Origin: Sphaeroforma arctica JP610
Lineage: Eukaryota
Assembly (NCBI RefSeq): GCF_001186125.1
Contig: NW_014040397.1
Location: 78,941-130,569, forward strand
Direction: 5' to 3'
Length of the DNA: 51,629 bases
Both the position numbers and the translations under genes were made by a program. This document shows, piece after piece, positions 40,186 through 50,390 of the stretch. Numbering within the stretch: the first letter of the stretch is position 1; every line of letters begins with the position of its first letter. The notes beneath the pieces are model-generated. The model was not told the origin of the DNA. It worked only from the letters and a program-made list of their open reading frames with translations, and did not search any database.

Positions 40186-42231
40186 TCAATTTGGGCGAGA
40201 CTTTTTTCGGACTCTGCTCTGTTCACTTCCGTCGTGAAGTCGCAGACGTGCCATGCTCTGGTCAGAGGGAGTGTCGGGTCTGGTCACCTTTTGCAAAAGG
40301 CTTCCTATTCTGTTGTAATCTGAAAGAGTCTCGCTGACCAGTTTTAGCAAATTCGAAGCAGCTTTCTCCCTCACTCTAATCAAACAGTTTGCAACGGCTG
40401 AAGCGATTTCTTCTTTGTGTGAATCATAGAATCTCAAGATGTTGGCTTTTGTAAGTTTCACCGCTTCCTTCCCTCCTACACATACATACGCCCTTTTCAT
40501 GATTTCGGCGATGACTGCAATTGGTTTGGATTCGAATTCGTCCTTGATCATAATTCGTTGTAGGCGCTCGATTTTGGACTTTACCGCATGCGGAGGGTTC
40601 CATGGCAAAGTTTTTCCAGTTAAGTCCCGTAGATAAATTCTGAGTAATCTCGTAGACTGCTCAAACCCTGATAGCATCTCTTTGTTCAAATCGACAAATT
40701 TCCTCTGCCGCTCTTTCTCGCAGTATGTCATAACCTCCCCTCGACCCCTTTGCTTTAAAACAAATCGTAGTCCACTATAGTTAGATCCGAAAAGATTCAG
40801 CTGGTGCTCCAGCAGCCTTCGGACATATTTCATAGTTTGTGTTTTTACTGCTCGGTCACGTATTCGTGTATCTAGACTACCAAGATACGTAGAACTATTT
40901 AAATTCTCCGTTTCCGATATAAAATTATCGCGCTCAAAAAAATGCCATCCGTTTGCGACGGCCGCAATTTCAATCAGAAGTGATTTCCCATGCGCTTTTG
41001 CTAAAGCTTTCAGATTCTGAAGGACTGGGGCCACATCGAAGTCTTTGTATTGAGCGCAATTGACGATCGCGGGCAAAGCATCAGTGTCGCATGTATCATC
41101 CTCGCGTATTGTTGCCTTGATCTGCTGCAGGCTCTTGATTATCTTCATTCTATCACGTTTGTATGCTAATTCGTCAGGATTCTCATCAGTATCGTCAACG
41201 AAATCTTTATCTGTGTCTTCCCCACTGTAATCTTTTTCATCACCATATTCGATCTTGCCCTTGAGCTGATACTTCTTCATTAGCATTCCTTGAAAGTAGT
41301 CCAAATCACGATCGACATGGATAGCTTTACGTGTACCGTCCCATTTGGTTCTTACTATTGTGACTTTTTCTACGCCAACATAATCATCTACGGAATTTAG
41401 CATTGTCCAAGGTCCGTACTTAACCTTCCCCGCCTCTCTAGCCAAACAGAGGAAGACATAAGGACGCTTTTCTTTGAGAAAGCGCCTTGACTTGTTGTTT
41501 CGCAGTGGATTGGAATCGCCCAGACCAGGAACATCGACCAGGCTGATATTTGGCGGTAGCCGTTCTTCGAAGTTGGCTGTAATTTTGATCTCAGCTATAC
41601 TTTCACCTTCATTGTCGAACTCGCTGAGCGCAACACGAGCTAACTCGTATGACGAGTATGTATTATAGGTAACCCATTTACCGAATTTAGACACCAGATT
41701 GGGAGGGACTTCATCCAGCATCGCATCTAACTCCACTTCCGTTTTGTTTCTCGTTGTATACCCTAAATTTCTCAAGATATCACGTAATTCATCCAGATCA
41801 TCGCTAGCCCAATTTTTAAGCGAGTTTCGATCTTCTTCCCATTGAGTCTCAGAGAGATAGAGCACTTCTATTCTCACCTGTCCTCGCATCAATTTCGGAT
41901 CAGACTCGCATCTGAGCACATTCCTAGACACGGCTTCCAGATCATACTGAGATACTTTTCCAAATCGTATACCTGTAAGAGCATTGAATAGCGTACTTTT
42001 TCCAGCACCGGTTTGGCCGATTAAAGCAACTTCTACCAACCCACTATCTTGCTCCAGGTGCTTAGCTACATCTTCCGCACTGGTCTGTCCAAACAAACTT
42101 TTAGCTTTCTCTTGTATTTTGTGTGATTCAAAACGAAGCATATCGATGGTAACGTTCTCATGATCAGCAAATTTCCGACAAAGGTGCTCGTATAGGTAGG
42201 TCTCACGTAGTGATGTTGCATTTCCCTTCAT
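40186..42231 (-). CDS. Intronless dynamin-superfamily GTPase, SLIP-GC/NUGGC-like (paralogue A, 681 aa)
   Basis: Single ORF. G1 GQTGAGKS, G3 LVDVPGLGDSNPLRN, G4 VTIVRTKWD. IEVLYLSETQWEED resembles the family block IEFISxxxWxxE. Helical C-terminal region with LRFVLKQRG..VDLNKEML; basic tail RVRKKSRPN. Confidence 0.85.
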   Translation of the reverse strand: MKGNATSLRETYLYEHLCRKFADHENVTIDMLRFESHKIQEKAKSLFGQTSAEDVAKHLEQDSGLVEVALIGQTGAGKSTLFNALTGIRFGKVSQYDLEAVSRNVLRCESDPKLMRGQVRIEVLYLSETQWEEDRNSLKNWASDDLDELRDILRNLGYTTRNKTEVELDAMLDEVPPNLVSKFGKWVTYNTYSSYELARVALSEFDNEGESIAEIKITANFEERLPPNISLVDVPGLGDSNPLRNNKSRRFLKEKRPYVFLCLAREAGKVKYGPWTMLNSVDDYVGVEKVTIVRTKWDGTRKAIHVDRDLDYFQGMLMKKYQLKGKIEYGDEKDYSGEDTDKDFVDDTDENPDELAYKRDRMKIIKSLQQIKATIREDDTCDTDALPAIVNCAQYKDFDVAPVLQNLKALAKAHGKSLLIEIAAVANGWHFFERDNFISETENLNSSTYLGSLDTRIRDRAVKTQTMKYVRRLLEHQLNLFGSNYSGLRFVLKQRGRGEVMTYCEKERQRKFVDLNKEMLSGFEQSTRLLRIYLRDLTGKTLPWNPPHAVKSKIERLQRIMIKDEFESKPIAVIAEIMKRAYVCVGGKEAVKLTKANILRFYDSHKEEIASAVANCLIRVREKAASNLLKLVSETLSDYNRIGSLLQKVTRPDTPSDQSMARLRLHDGSEQSRVRKKSRPN

Positions 42232-45200
42232 TGTTCGAAATAAATACTTGCTTCCAAATATCGTGCCATTTTATACTTATTATAATTTATTTGTACAGAT
42301 TGTGATCCTGCTTGAACGTAGAATATATTTCTATAAAAAAAAGTTCGACGACTCGAATTATATATTTTTCTAAAAAGAAAAACAATATATTTATGTACAT
42401 ATGTATTTGTTTAAAAAAACAACAACACTAAACACAAGTGACAAAAGGGACAAACGGCACGCGCCAGCACTCCAACAGGCGGCAGCCGGTAAGTGCATTG
42501 TCCAGACTCCAGTGTACTGTGTGTGAATGAACTTCCATGGGAGTTCCACCGAATTAAAAAATAAAAGTGGTATGTATGTATCTCAGTATTGAAAAAAAAA
42601 TTGCTTCGTTATCCAATGGAATAACGATTGCATTCGGAGTATTTTTAGATTTCTGTTTGTCCTAAAATCTATTTTGTTTTAATTTTTGATTTTGGTCTGT
42701 GACATGTGTTTGTTTTTAAAAAAACAAAACAGAAACAAAATATGTATAGATGGCCTTCTATGAATCTATGATACAAGAAGGCTATTTTTTGTTTTTTTAA
42801 TAAAAAATCAGATAGTTTTTTTTTTGTTGTAAGGTGTGGAACTGTGGATTGTGGAATAAATACTGTGTGAGACTGTGACTCTGTGGAACTTTGGAAGTGT
42901 GTATATTTTACTACTCTGGTGTATAACGTCCTACGTACGTTAGTCCGTTGTGGCAATTTTTTCTTTCTCTATGTAGGTCTAGAGAGGGTCATGGACACAC
43001 GGGTGTATATTGTATTGGCAAAAAATACATATTTACACTCACGCATGTGCATAGTGCGCACAACAGCCAACAATACTCTTTTTTCCAAGTAGCCTACAAT
43101 AATACAACGCTATGTAACAGGCGGCTAACATATATTAGCTGTGAGTGTGAGGGGGTATGTAAGGGGCTGAGGGCTTAGCTGCTTAGGGCGCCTCAGGCTG
43201 AGGTCGCGGAGCGCCAGAGCCGTTGAGTCCGCCAAAGAATTGAGATCCTGTGAGGCTGAGATCTGAGTCCAGACTCTAGAAGGAACTCTCAGGGGAGTGT
43301 TGAATAGGAATCACTGCGTCACTGTCGAACAGTATGCTCAATTACTCGTGTTATCCTACCAATCATATGTCAATTCAACGAACTTCCAACCCTTGTACGT
43401 ATTTACGTCTTACATACACAACTCAACGAGTCAACAACACTCAACAGTTATGACTCATGAGTTAGCACTCTCTCCGTGTGAACTCTGGAGTGCTGGACTG
43501 CTGTGGCCTAGCCGCCTGGGGCTATGTACATACTACTAGAGAGAGAGAGAAAAGCGGCCTGCCTGAGCTTGGTTCGTTGGAGCTGGGACTCTGAATGATG
43601 GGAAAAGAAATTAGCTGTGGCCTATTTTAATTTGATCTTTTGTTTTTAAAAAAGTATAGAACATGCCTATCAATTCTTTAGCAGTCCAGGGCCCCGGTTG
43701 TAGAGTCCAGGCCTCTCCAGCTCCTCTCACTCTACTCTCTACTCTAGGAGCTACATAGTAGAGACTCAAGAGAGTAGAGACCCGAGAGTCGAGAGTGAGC
43801 CTCCTCAGGTACGTGCCTTAAATAGGCTGAAAACGTAGTACGTTCTACGGTAACGCTTAGTTTCGAAACCGGTTTCCCGTTTTCCGGTAGTATGAGCACA
43901 AACCCAGACTGCTATAACGTATGAAAACGTAGTACGTTTTACGTTGACGTGCCAATTTTTGCCCTTAGGGCCTCAGTTGATGAGGCCTAAAGGCCCTGAG
44001 GCCATAGGATTGGTTATGCACCCCAGGCTAACTACTAGTAGACGCTGGCAAGTAGCATAAGGTCGCGACATGTCGCACACTTGCACTGTAAATAAACGAC
44101 CGCGAGTCGCGACGTGTCGTCAAATTTTATGCCAAGTCTGTACATAGTAGACGACATTATCGTTTACTATGTACTTAACCTAGAGAGGGTGTCCATGCTG
44201 CATGTCTTGAATTGAAAAAATGACATGTTGCAACCTCGATGTAACGACACGTCACTAGAACAAACACGTAAACGACAGTCGCGATACGTCGCCAACTCGC
44301 CATAGGTAAAGACAGGTCGTTTACGAGCTCAGCCCCAGGTCCAGGGGCGGACAAGCCGCCAGGACTCAGTTGCCATGAGTAAATAGCCAAACAGAAGAGC
44401 CATAACCTCGGCAATTCAGCATCTCTCTATGAGTTAATCTCAGCATCTCAGGCAATTATTTTGTAAAAATTTATTGTAGATGTCAGATTTCAGATTTGTG
44501 GATAGTTTGACTTTTTGACTATGTATTTTTATTTATTGTGGAAAACAAAACATAGCAAAAACCCGAAACAAAAAGTAAAATATATATATTTATAATAAAT
44601 AAATATATTTAGAGTATGATTATGTAACCTTTGGGTTAAATCACATTATGTAATCTTAAATCTAAAATCACATACTTACATACAGTCAGTGGGAGTGTAC
44701 ACTGTACAGTGTACACTGCACAGTGCACAGTCGTGTCCATTTCGGATTTCCTCACTCATTTACTCATTTAGATCATATGCGAGCAATCGCTTGAGCAGTC
44801 AGTAGTCGGCACATGTAATTTTTTGTTTTCAGAATTGTTTGTTCACTCTTGAATCCTTGTAGAATGTTGAGTCAGTGAGTTGAGAGTTGAGAGTTGAGAC
44901 TTGACTTTATGACTGTATGCGTTTAATTTTTAAAATAGAAGGATATGAACATGGTTGAATGCCACGGGTCACCGTGGATCATTGGAGTTTGGAGTTTGGA
45001 GTTTGGACACCTTGTACTACTATTTTAAAAAATATTTACTACATATCTCCGACTCCCCGTGATTTTAAATCAGTATTTTAAAATCACAAGTTCTAAACTT
45101 CTCGAGTCCATTCAATTATACAATAAATTTTTAACAAAATAAGAATTCATGATGACATAGCCTTCTAAATTTAAAAAGAACAATGATGAAACAACAATTT

Positions 45201-46268
45201 TTTGTTTTATTTTGTAAAACAAAGAAGACAAAACAAAACAAAAAAACATCGAGATTCGAGACGGAGTCATCAGCTGACATGTATGACATGTCGTCTCGAC
45301 ATGTGTATTTTATTAGGCTACGATACAGCCACCGGCAGACCTGTCGACACCATGTCTCGATCGACATGTCCTACAAAATGTCGCCGCGACATGTATGACA
45401 ATTGACATGTCGTTTGCCAAATGTCGGCGCCGTCTATTTACCAACCCAGGTCATCAGATTCAGGCCGTTTAGGCCTCAGTCACAGTGCCTCGAACGGAGT
45501 CTCGGAGATGTCTCACAGACAGTCAGACACGGGAAGAGATTTTTGTCGTGTTTTTTGTTTTACAAAAACATACACACAAAACAAAATTTATAATAAAACA
45601 CGCTGGGGCGCCGCAGAGTCCAAAAGCTATTCTTCTAAGAGGGTAGCTAATAATCTGTGAATATCTCCGCACAGGGTGAGGCGGACAGGCGGTGAGCTGA
45701 GGCCTGAGGGTGAGATACTAAGATTTCTTGATGTACACTTCCCTCACTTTCACTCAACACACACACAAAAATATTTACGTACTGTTGTTCAGTCACACAC
45801 GCTCAGTCGCTCGCACATAAACACACTCACCCACGCCCCCCCCCCTCCCTGCCTTATTTTATAAAAAAACTTTTCTTTTCAGCCGTCAATAACGGACCCA
45901 CATATGCTCTTATTTTTTGGAACAAAATTCCATTTAGGATCCCTCGAAGGCCTCTTGGGGGCCTACAAATAGAGAACAAGCGTTCCAGACAGATTTCAAG
46001 TTCAATAAAAGAAATAGGAACTCTACAGTCTACAGGCCTACAGCTACGCTTTCGGTGAATCGGTGATAAATATCTATAAAAGACGGTGGCAAATCGTAAA
46101 TAAAACTAATCCAGAACAGCTTCTTTTATTTTTATAATATCTTCTTGTTGGTGTTCCGTCTCTGTGTTTGACACCTGTGCAAAAAAGCCTCCTAAAAAGG
46201 AACATACTATTTTGAACAACAATTTTATTATACATACTCTCTTTGAACAAAAAGGTTGTCTTAAGATT

Positions 46269-48323
46269 ATGGTGACCTTAACTGTCGATATGTCGAAAAC
46301 AGCAATGTCTCAGCTAGAAAACAGTTTGTATGAGCGGTTGACGGCGTATTTTCACCACAAATCGGATATCGACTTCTCTACGCTTCGTAATAATATTGAT
46401 ATCATCAAAAGAATGACGTACAGTGAGTTCCAAGAGACGGGCGTAGAAGACGTCACCGAGCATTTGTCAAAATCTAGGGAGAAGTTGGAGGTGGCGCTTG
46501 TAGGCGATACAGGAGCTGGTAAAAGTACCCTTTTCAACGCGCTGACTGGGTTACGTTTCGGACGAATTATGGAGTATGATGCTGACGCCGTGTCTAGGAA
46601 CGTTCTCAGATTTGAGTCAAATCCAGCTATGCAGGAAGGGACGGTGCAGGTGGAAGTAGTCTATCTAACCGCTTCACAATGGGGAGAAGATCGCGAGTTA
46701 CTCAGGAGAGATAGCGAAATCGACGCGGAAGATTTCTTGGAGACCGTCAATTTTTTTGGATATGACACGAAGGGAAAATCACGGGAAGAATTGGTCGAGA
46801 TTCTTGAGGATAATCCTAAGGATGACCCTAACGAGTTGTTTTCTAAATTTGGGACAAGACGTGTCTTGGGCCCCTTTACTACACCTGAATCAGCTCGTAG
46901 TGCGCTCAGTAAGCTTGACGAAGAAAGTAGCATCATTTTGGAAATCAAAATTACGGCAAGAGCGGTTCGAGTCACAGACGACTCGGCCGATACGCTACCA
47001 GGGAATATTAGTCTAGTAGATATCCCTGGTCTGGGAGATATCAGTCCCCTGAGAAACAATAAGTCTAGACGATTCCTCAGAGAACGCAGACCCTATGTTT
47101 TATTCCTATTGAGTAGGGATACAGCAAGAGTCAGTATGCGGCCTTGGAACACTTTGAATTTCATAGATAGCCATGTTGGGTTTGAAAAAATTACTATTAT
47201 CAGAACTAGATGGGACGGCACTCGCAAGACTAACCAAGTGGATATCGACCTTAGTTTTTTCAAAAAGAAACTGGAGAGTAAGTACTTACAGGAATTCAAG
47301 AACAAAGCAAGTGAAGGTGGCGAAGATAACGGAGAGATTCTCGATGGGGACTACGAGTTCGCGGAGCGCGAAAAACTTTATTTTTTGCACACGAAGCAAA
47401 AAATACAGAACTTCCGGCAGCTACCAGCGACAATACGCGAACATTCAGGCTGTGATTCAGATGAATTGCCGGTTGTTGTAAAATCCAGTCAATACGCAAT
47501 TTTTGACATATCGGAAGTGCAGTCTATGCTAAAATCATTAGCAGTATCGTACGGAGATTCACTATTGATTGAGATTGCAGCAGTGGCGAATGGGTGGCTC
47601 AACTTTGATTGTGCAAGCTTCAAAGCAGAGACAAACGCAATAAGCAATCCAAGATACTTGCGTAAATGGGATAGACATATTCGCCGACGAGCAACAGCGC
47701 AGACAACCAAAGACACAGTAGGCACTCTGTTGAAACAACAGTTGGATGCTTTCAAATCTAACCATCGTGGTTTGAAATCTATATTGCAACAAAGAGGTCG
47801 TGGAGAAAGATATATCTATTGCAATGGAGAAAAACAGAGATTATACATTGATCTACATACAGAGATGCTGGCTGGATTTGATGGATCTAGCAGGTTGCTA
47901 AAATTGTTCTTGACTGACCTCGACAGTAAAGCGCTGCATACGCGTCCACCTTATGCCGTGTTAACTAAAATTAAAGATCTGCAACGGGCCATAAAATGGG
48001 ACTTTGAATATAAGCCGTGGGCCGTGATTGGCAACATAATGAGTGATGGACTCGTATATGTCGATGGCAAAAGAGGAATGCAAAAAACGAAGGAGAATAT
48101 AATGGCTTTCTACGAAAGTAAGAAGGATGAGATCGCAGCGGCTGTGTCGAAGTGTCTAGTGACGATTGCAGAAAAGGCCCATGATGGTTTGAAACAGATA
48201 GTCATTGAAACTCTACAAGATTTCAATCGCATCGAGAGAGTCCTATCAAAGTCAGATACTTCTCCTAAACGGCCGATCGACAACTCCGACGACGACAATG
48301 AACAGAAACGAATTCGGGTATGA
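46269..48323 (+). CDS. Intronless dynamin-superfamily GTPase, SLIP-GC/NUGGC-like (paralogue B; ATG at 46269 or 46290)
   Basis: Single ORF, collinear with paralogue A over its full length. G1 GDTGAGKS, G3 LVDIPGLGDISPLRN, G4 ITIIRTRWD, shared block SLLIEIAAVANGW; tail KRPIDNSDDDNEQKRIRV. The ATG at 46290 aligns with the start of paralogue A. Confidence 0.85.
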   Translation: MVTLTVDMSKTAMSQLENSLYERLTAYFHHKSDIDFSTLRNNIDIIKRMTYSEFQETGVEDVTEHLSKSREKLEVALVGDTGAGKSTLFNALTGLRFGRIMEYDADAVSRNVLRFESNPAMQEGTVQVEVVYLTASQWGEDRELLRRDSEIDAEDFLETVNFFGYDTKGKSREELVEILEDNPKDDPNELFSKFGTRRVLGPFTTPESARSALSKLDEESSIILEIKITARAVRVTDDSADTLPGNISLVDIPGLGDISPLRNNKSRRFLRERRPYVLFLLSRDTARVSMRPWNTLNFIDSHVGFEKITIIRTRWDGTRKTNQVDIDLSFFKKKLESKYLQEFKNKASEGGEDNGEILDGDYEFAEREKLYFLHTKQKIQNFRQLPATIREHSGCDSDELPVVVKSSQYAIFDISEVQSMLKSLAVSYGDSLLIEIAAVANGWLNFDCASFKAETNAISNPRYLRKWDRHIRRRATAQTTKDTVGTLLKQQLDAFKSNHRGLKSILQQRGRGERYIYCNGEKQRLYIDLHTEMLAGFDGSSRLLKLFLTDLDSKALHTRPPYAVLTKIKDLQRAIKWDFEYKPWAVIGNIMSDGLVYVDGKRGMQKTKENIMAFYESKKDEIAAAVSKCLVTIAEKAHDGLKQIVIETLQDFNRIERVLSKSDTSPKRPIDNSDDDNEQKRIRV

Positions 48324-48815
48324 ATCCAGAAGAAATCTACACATTTCAAAAGAAAACAAAAAAGGTAGGGGAATTGCCGAATTTGATATGTATTCATAAC
48401 TACGCGTCCCCTCAGCGGGACCCAAACGGGGAGTGCATAGTCGAACACTGTACATTTGTTTAAAAACAAACATTTAAATAACACCACCCTCAGTGTGCCC
48501 TCACTTTGGCAGACTATAGAACACTCATGACTCAATATTCGTCCGATCCAGGAGTTAAAAAGAGCAATTTGCTTCGAATAATAAAGGGCTATAAATTTTA
48601 TCAGCAGTAGGGACGACCTTCCATTCGATTTTAAGAATTGCAGCTGATTTACAAACAAGGAACATTGCTAAACTATAGTCGACATATTTACAATATACCA
48701 ATATACTCACAGAAGTATCAAAGACTAGAGTAGTAAAGACTGTTTTTGATATATATAACTCATCTCTATTTTAATTAATCACATTTTTTTCAACGCTGTT
48801 TATGGAATTTTTAAG

Positions 48816-49150
<335 letters not shown>

Positions 49151-49564
49151 ATATGGTGGATATTTCTCTAATTATCTCGGTGGAAGTGCGTGGTATACAA
49201 TTTGGTGCTGTAGCACCCGGCAATTCCAAGTACTAGCATAGAGCTGAGGGTTTAGACCTTAAGCATTATTCGTATCGAAGCAAACAGAATTGCAAACAAA
49301 TATAATATCGACGGTTATAGGGGGTGGCTAGCATAGCCAACACTTGCACTAGTATATGGTCAAAACAAGTAGATTATCTTTCATGGCGGTGTATAGCTGT
49401 AAACAGAGGGCCAAAGCATCCACTGGAACACAGCGTCGTGACTTTATATACCGAGGTCTGTGTAATACTTAGTACTGCCTCGTTGAACATATCCTTAGCG
49501 TATGCTAGAATGGCCTGGGTGCACCTGTCCCGTTTGTGTTGGACAGGACAGGACAAGGCCCTTA

Positions 49565-50213
49565 CTAGCTGGCCAGCTGGGTGATGCTTTCCGGGAATTT
49601 GTCCTGCTCAGGGTAGGTAGTTAAGAAAAACGTCGTGAAAAATAAGACAGATAATGGAATCAGTAAGGGGGTTCCTGAGTTTTAATAGGGTTGCCTGGCT
49701 GGTCATACACCAATGAGACACACATTAATCGACAAGGAGGCCTATTAGAGGGCCTATTTGTAAGTAGATAATACGTGTTCAACTGCTTACAACAGACAGC
49801 AAGTAGGAGCATGCGGCCAGGTTAGTTCTACATACACACGAGAAGTCGGTGCTAGCAAACTCGTCAGTGACGCATTTGTATGTATGAGCAATTCAGGTAA
49901 ACCGTGTAAATAGTGATTCACTATCAAACTTAGGTCTGTGTATGATATGAAAGTAGGGTACCACAACACATGTTCGGGTGTCTCGTATCGCTCATAGAAA
50001 TAGTATGTACACTTAAACTTAAACATACGCGCGTACGCATACACACACACACACTCTCTCTCTCTCTCCCGCACGCATACACACACACACTCTCTCTCTC
50101 TCTCCCGCACGCATACACACACACACACACACACACACGCACAAACACACACACACACATATATATATACATATACATATTTATATATAATACACACATA
50201 CATATATGGACAT

Positions 50214-50246
<33 letters not shown>

Positions 50247-50346
50247 TATACATATATAAATATATACTATATATATATTACGTATACATATATATATAAT
50301 ACACACATACATATTTGGACATGTACATACATATATATATANTATA

Positions 50347-50390
<44 letters not shown>

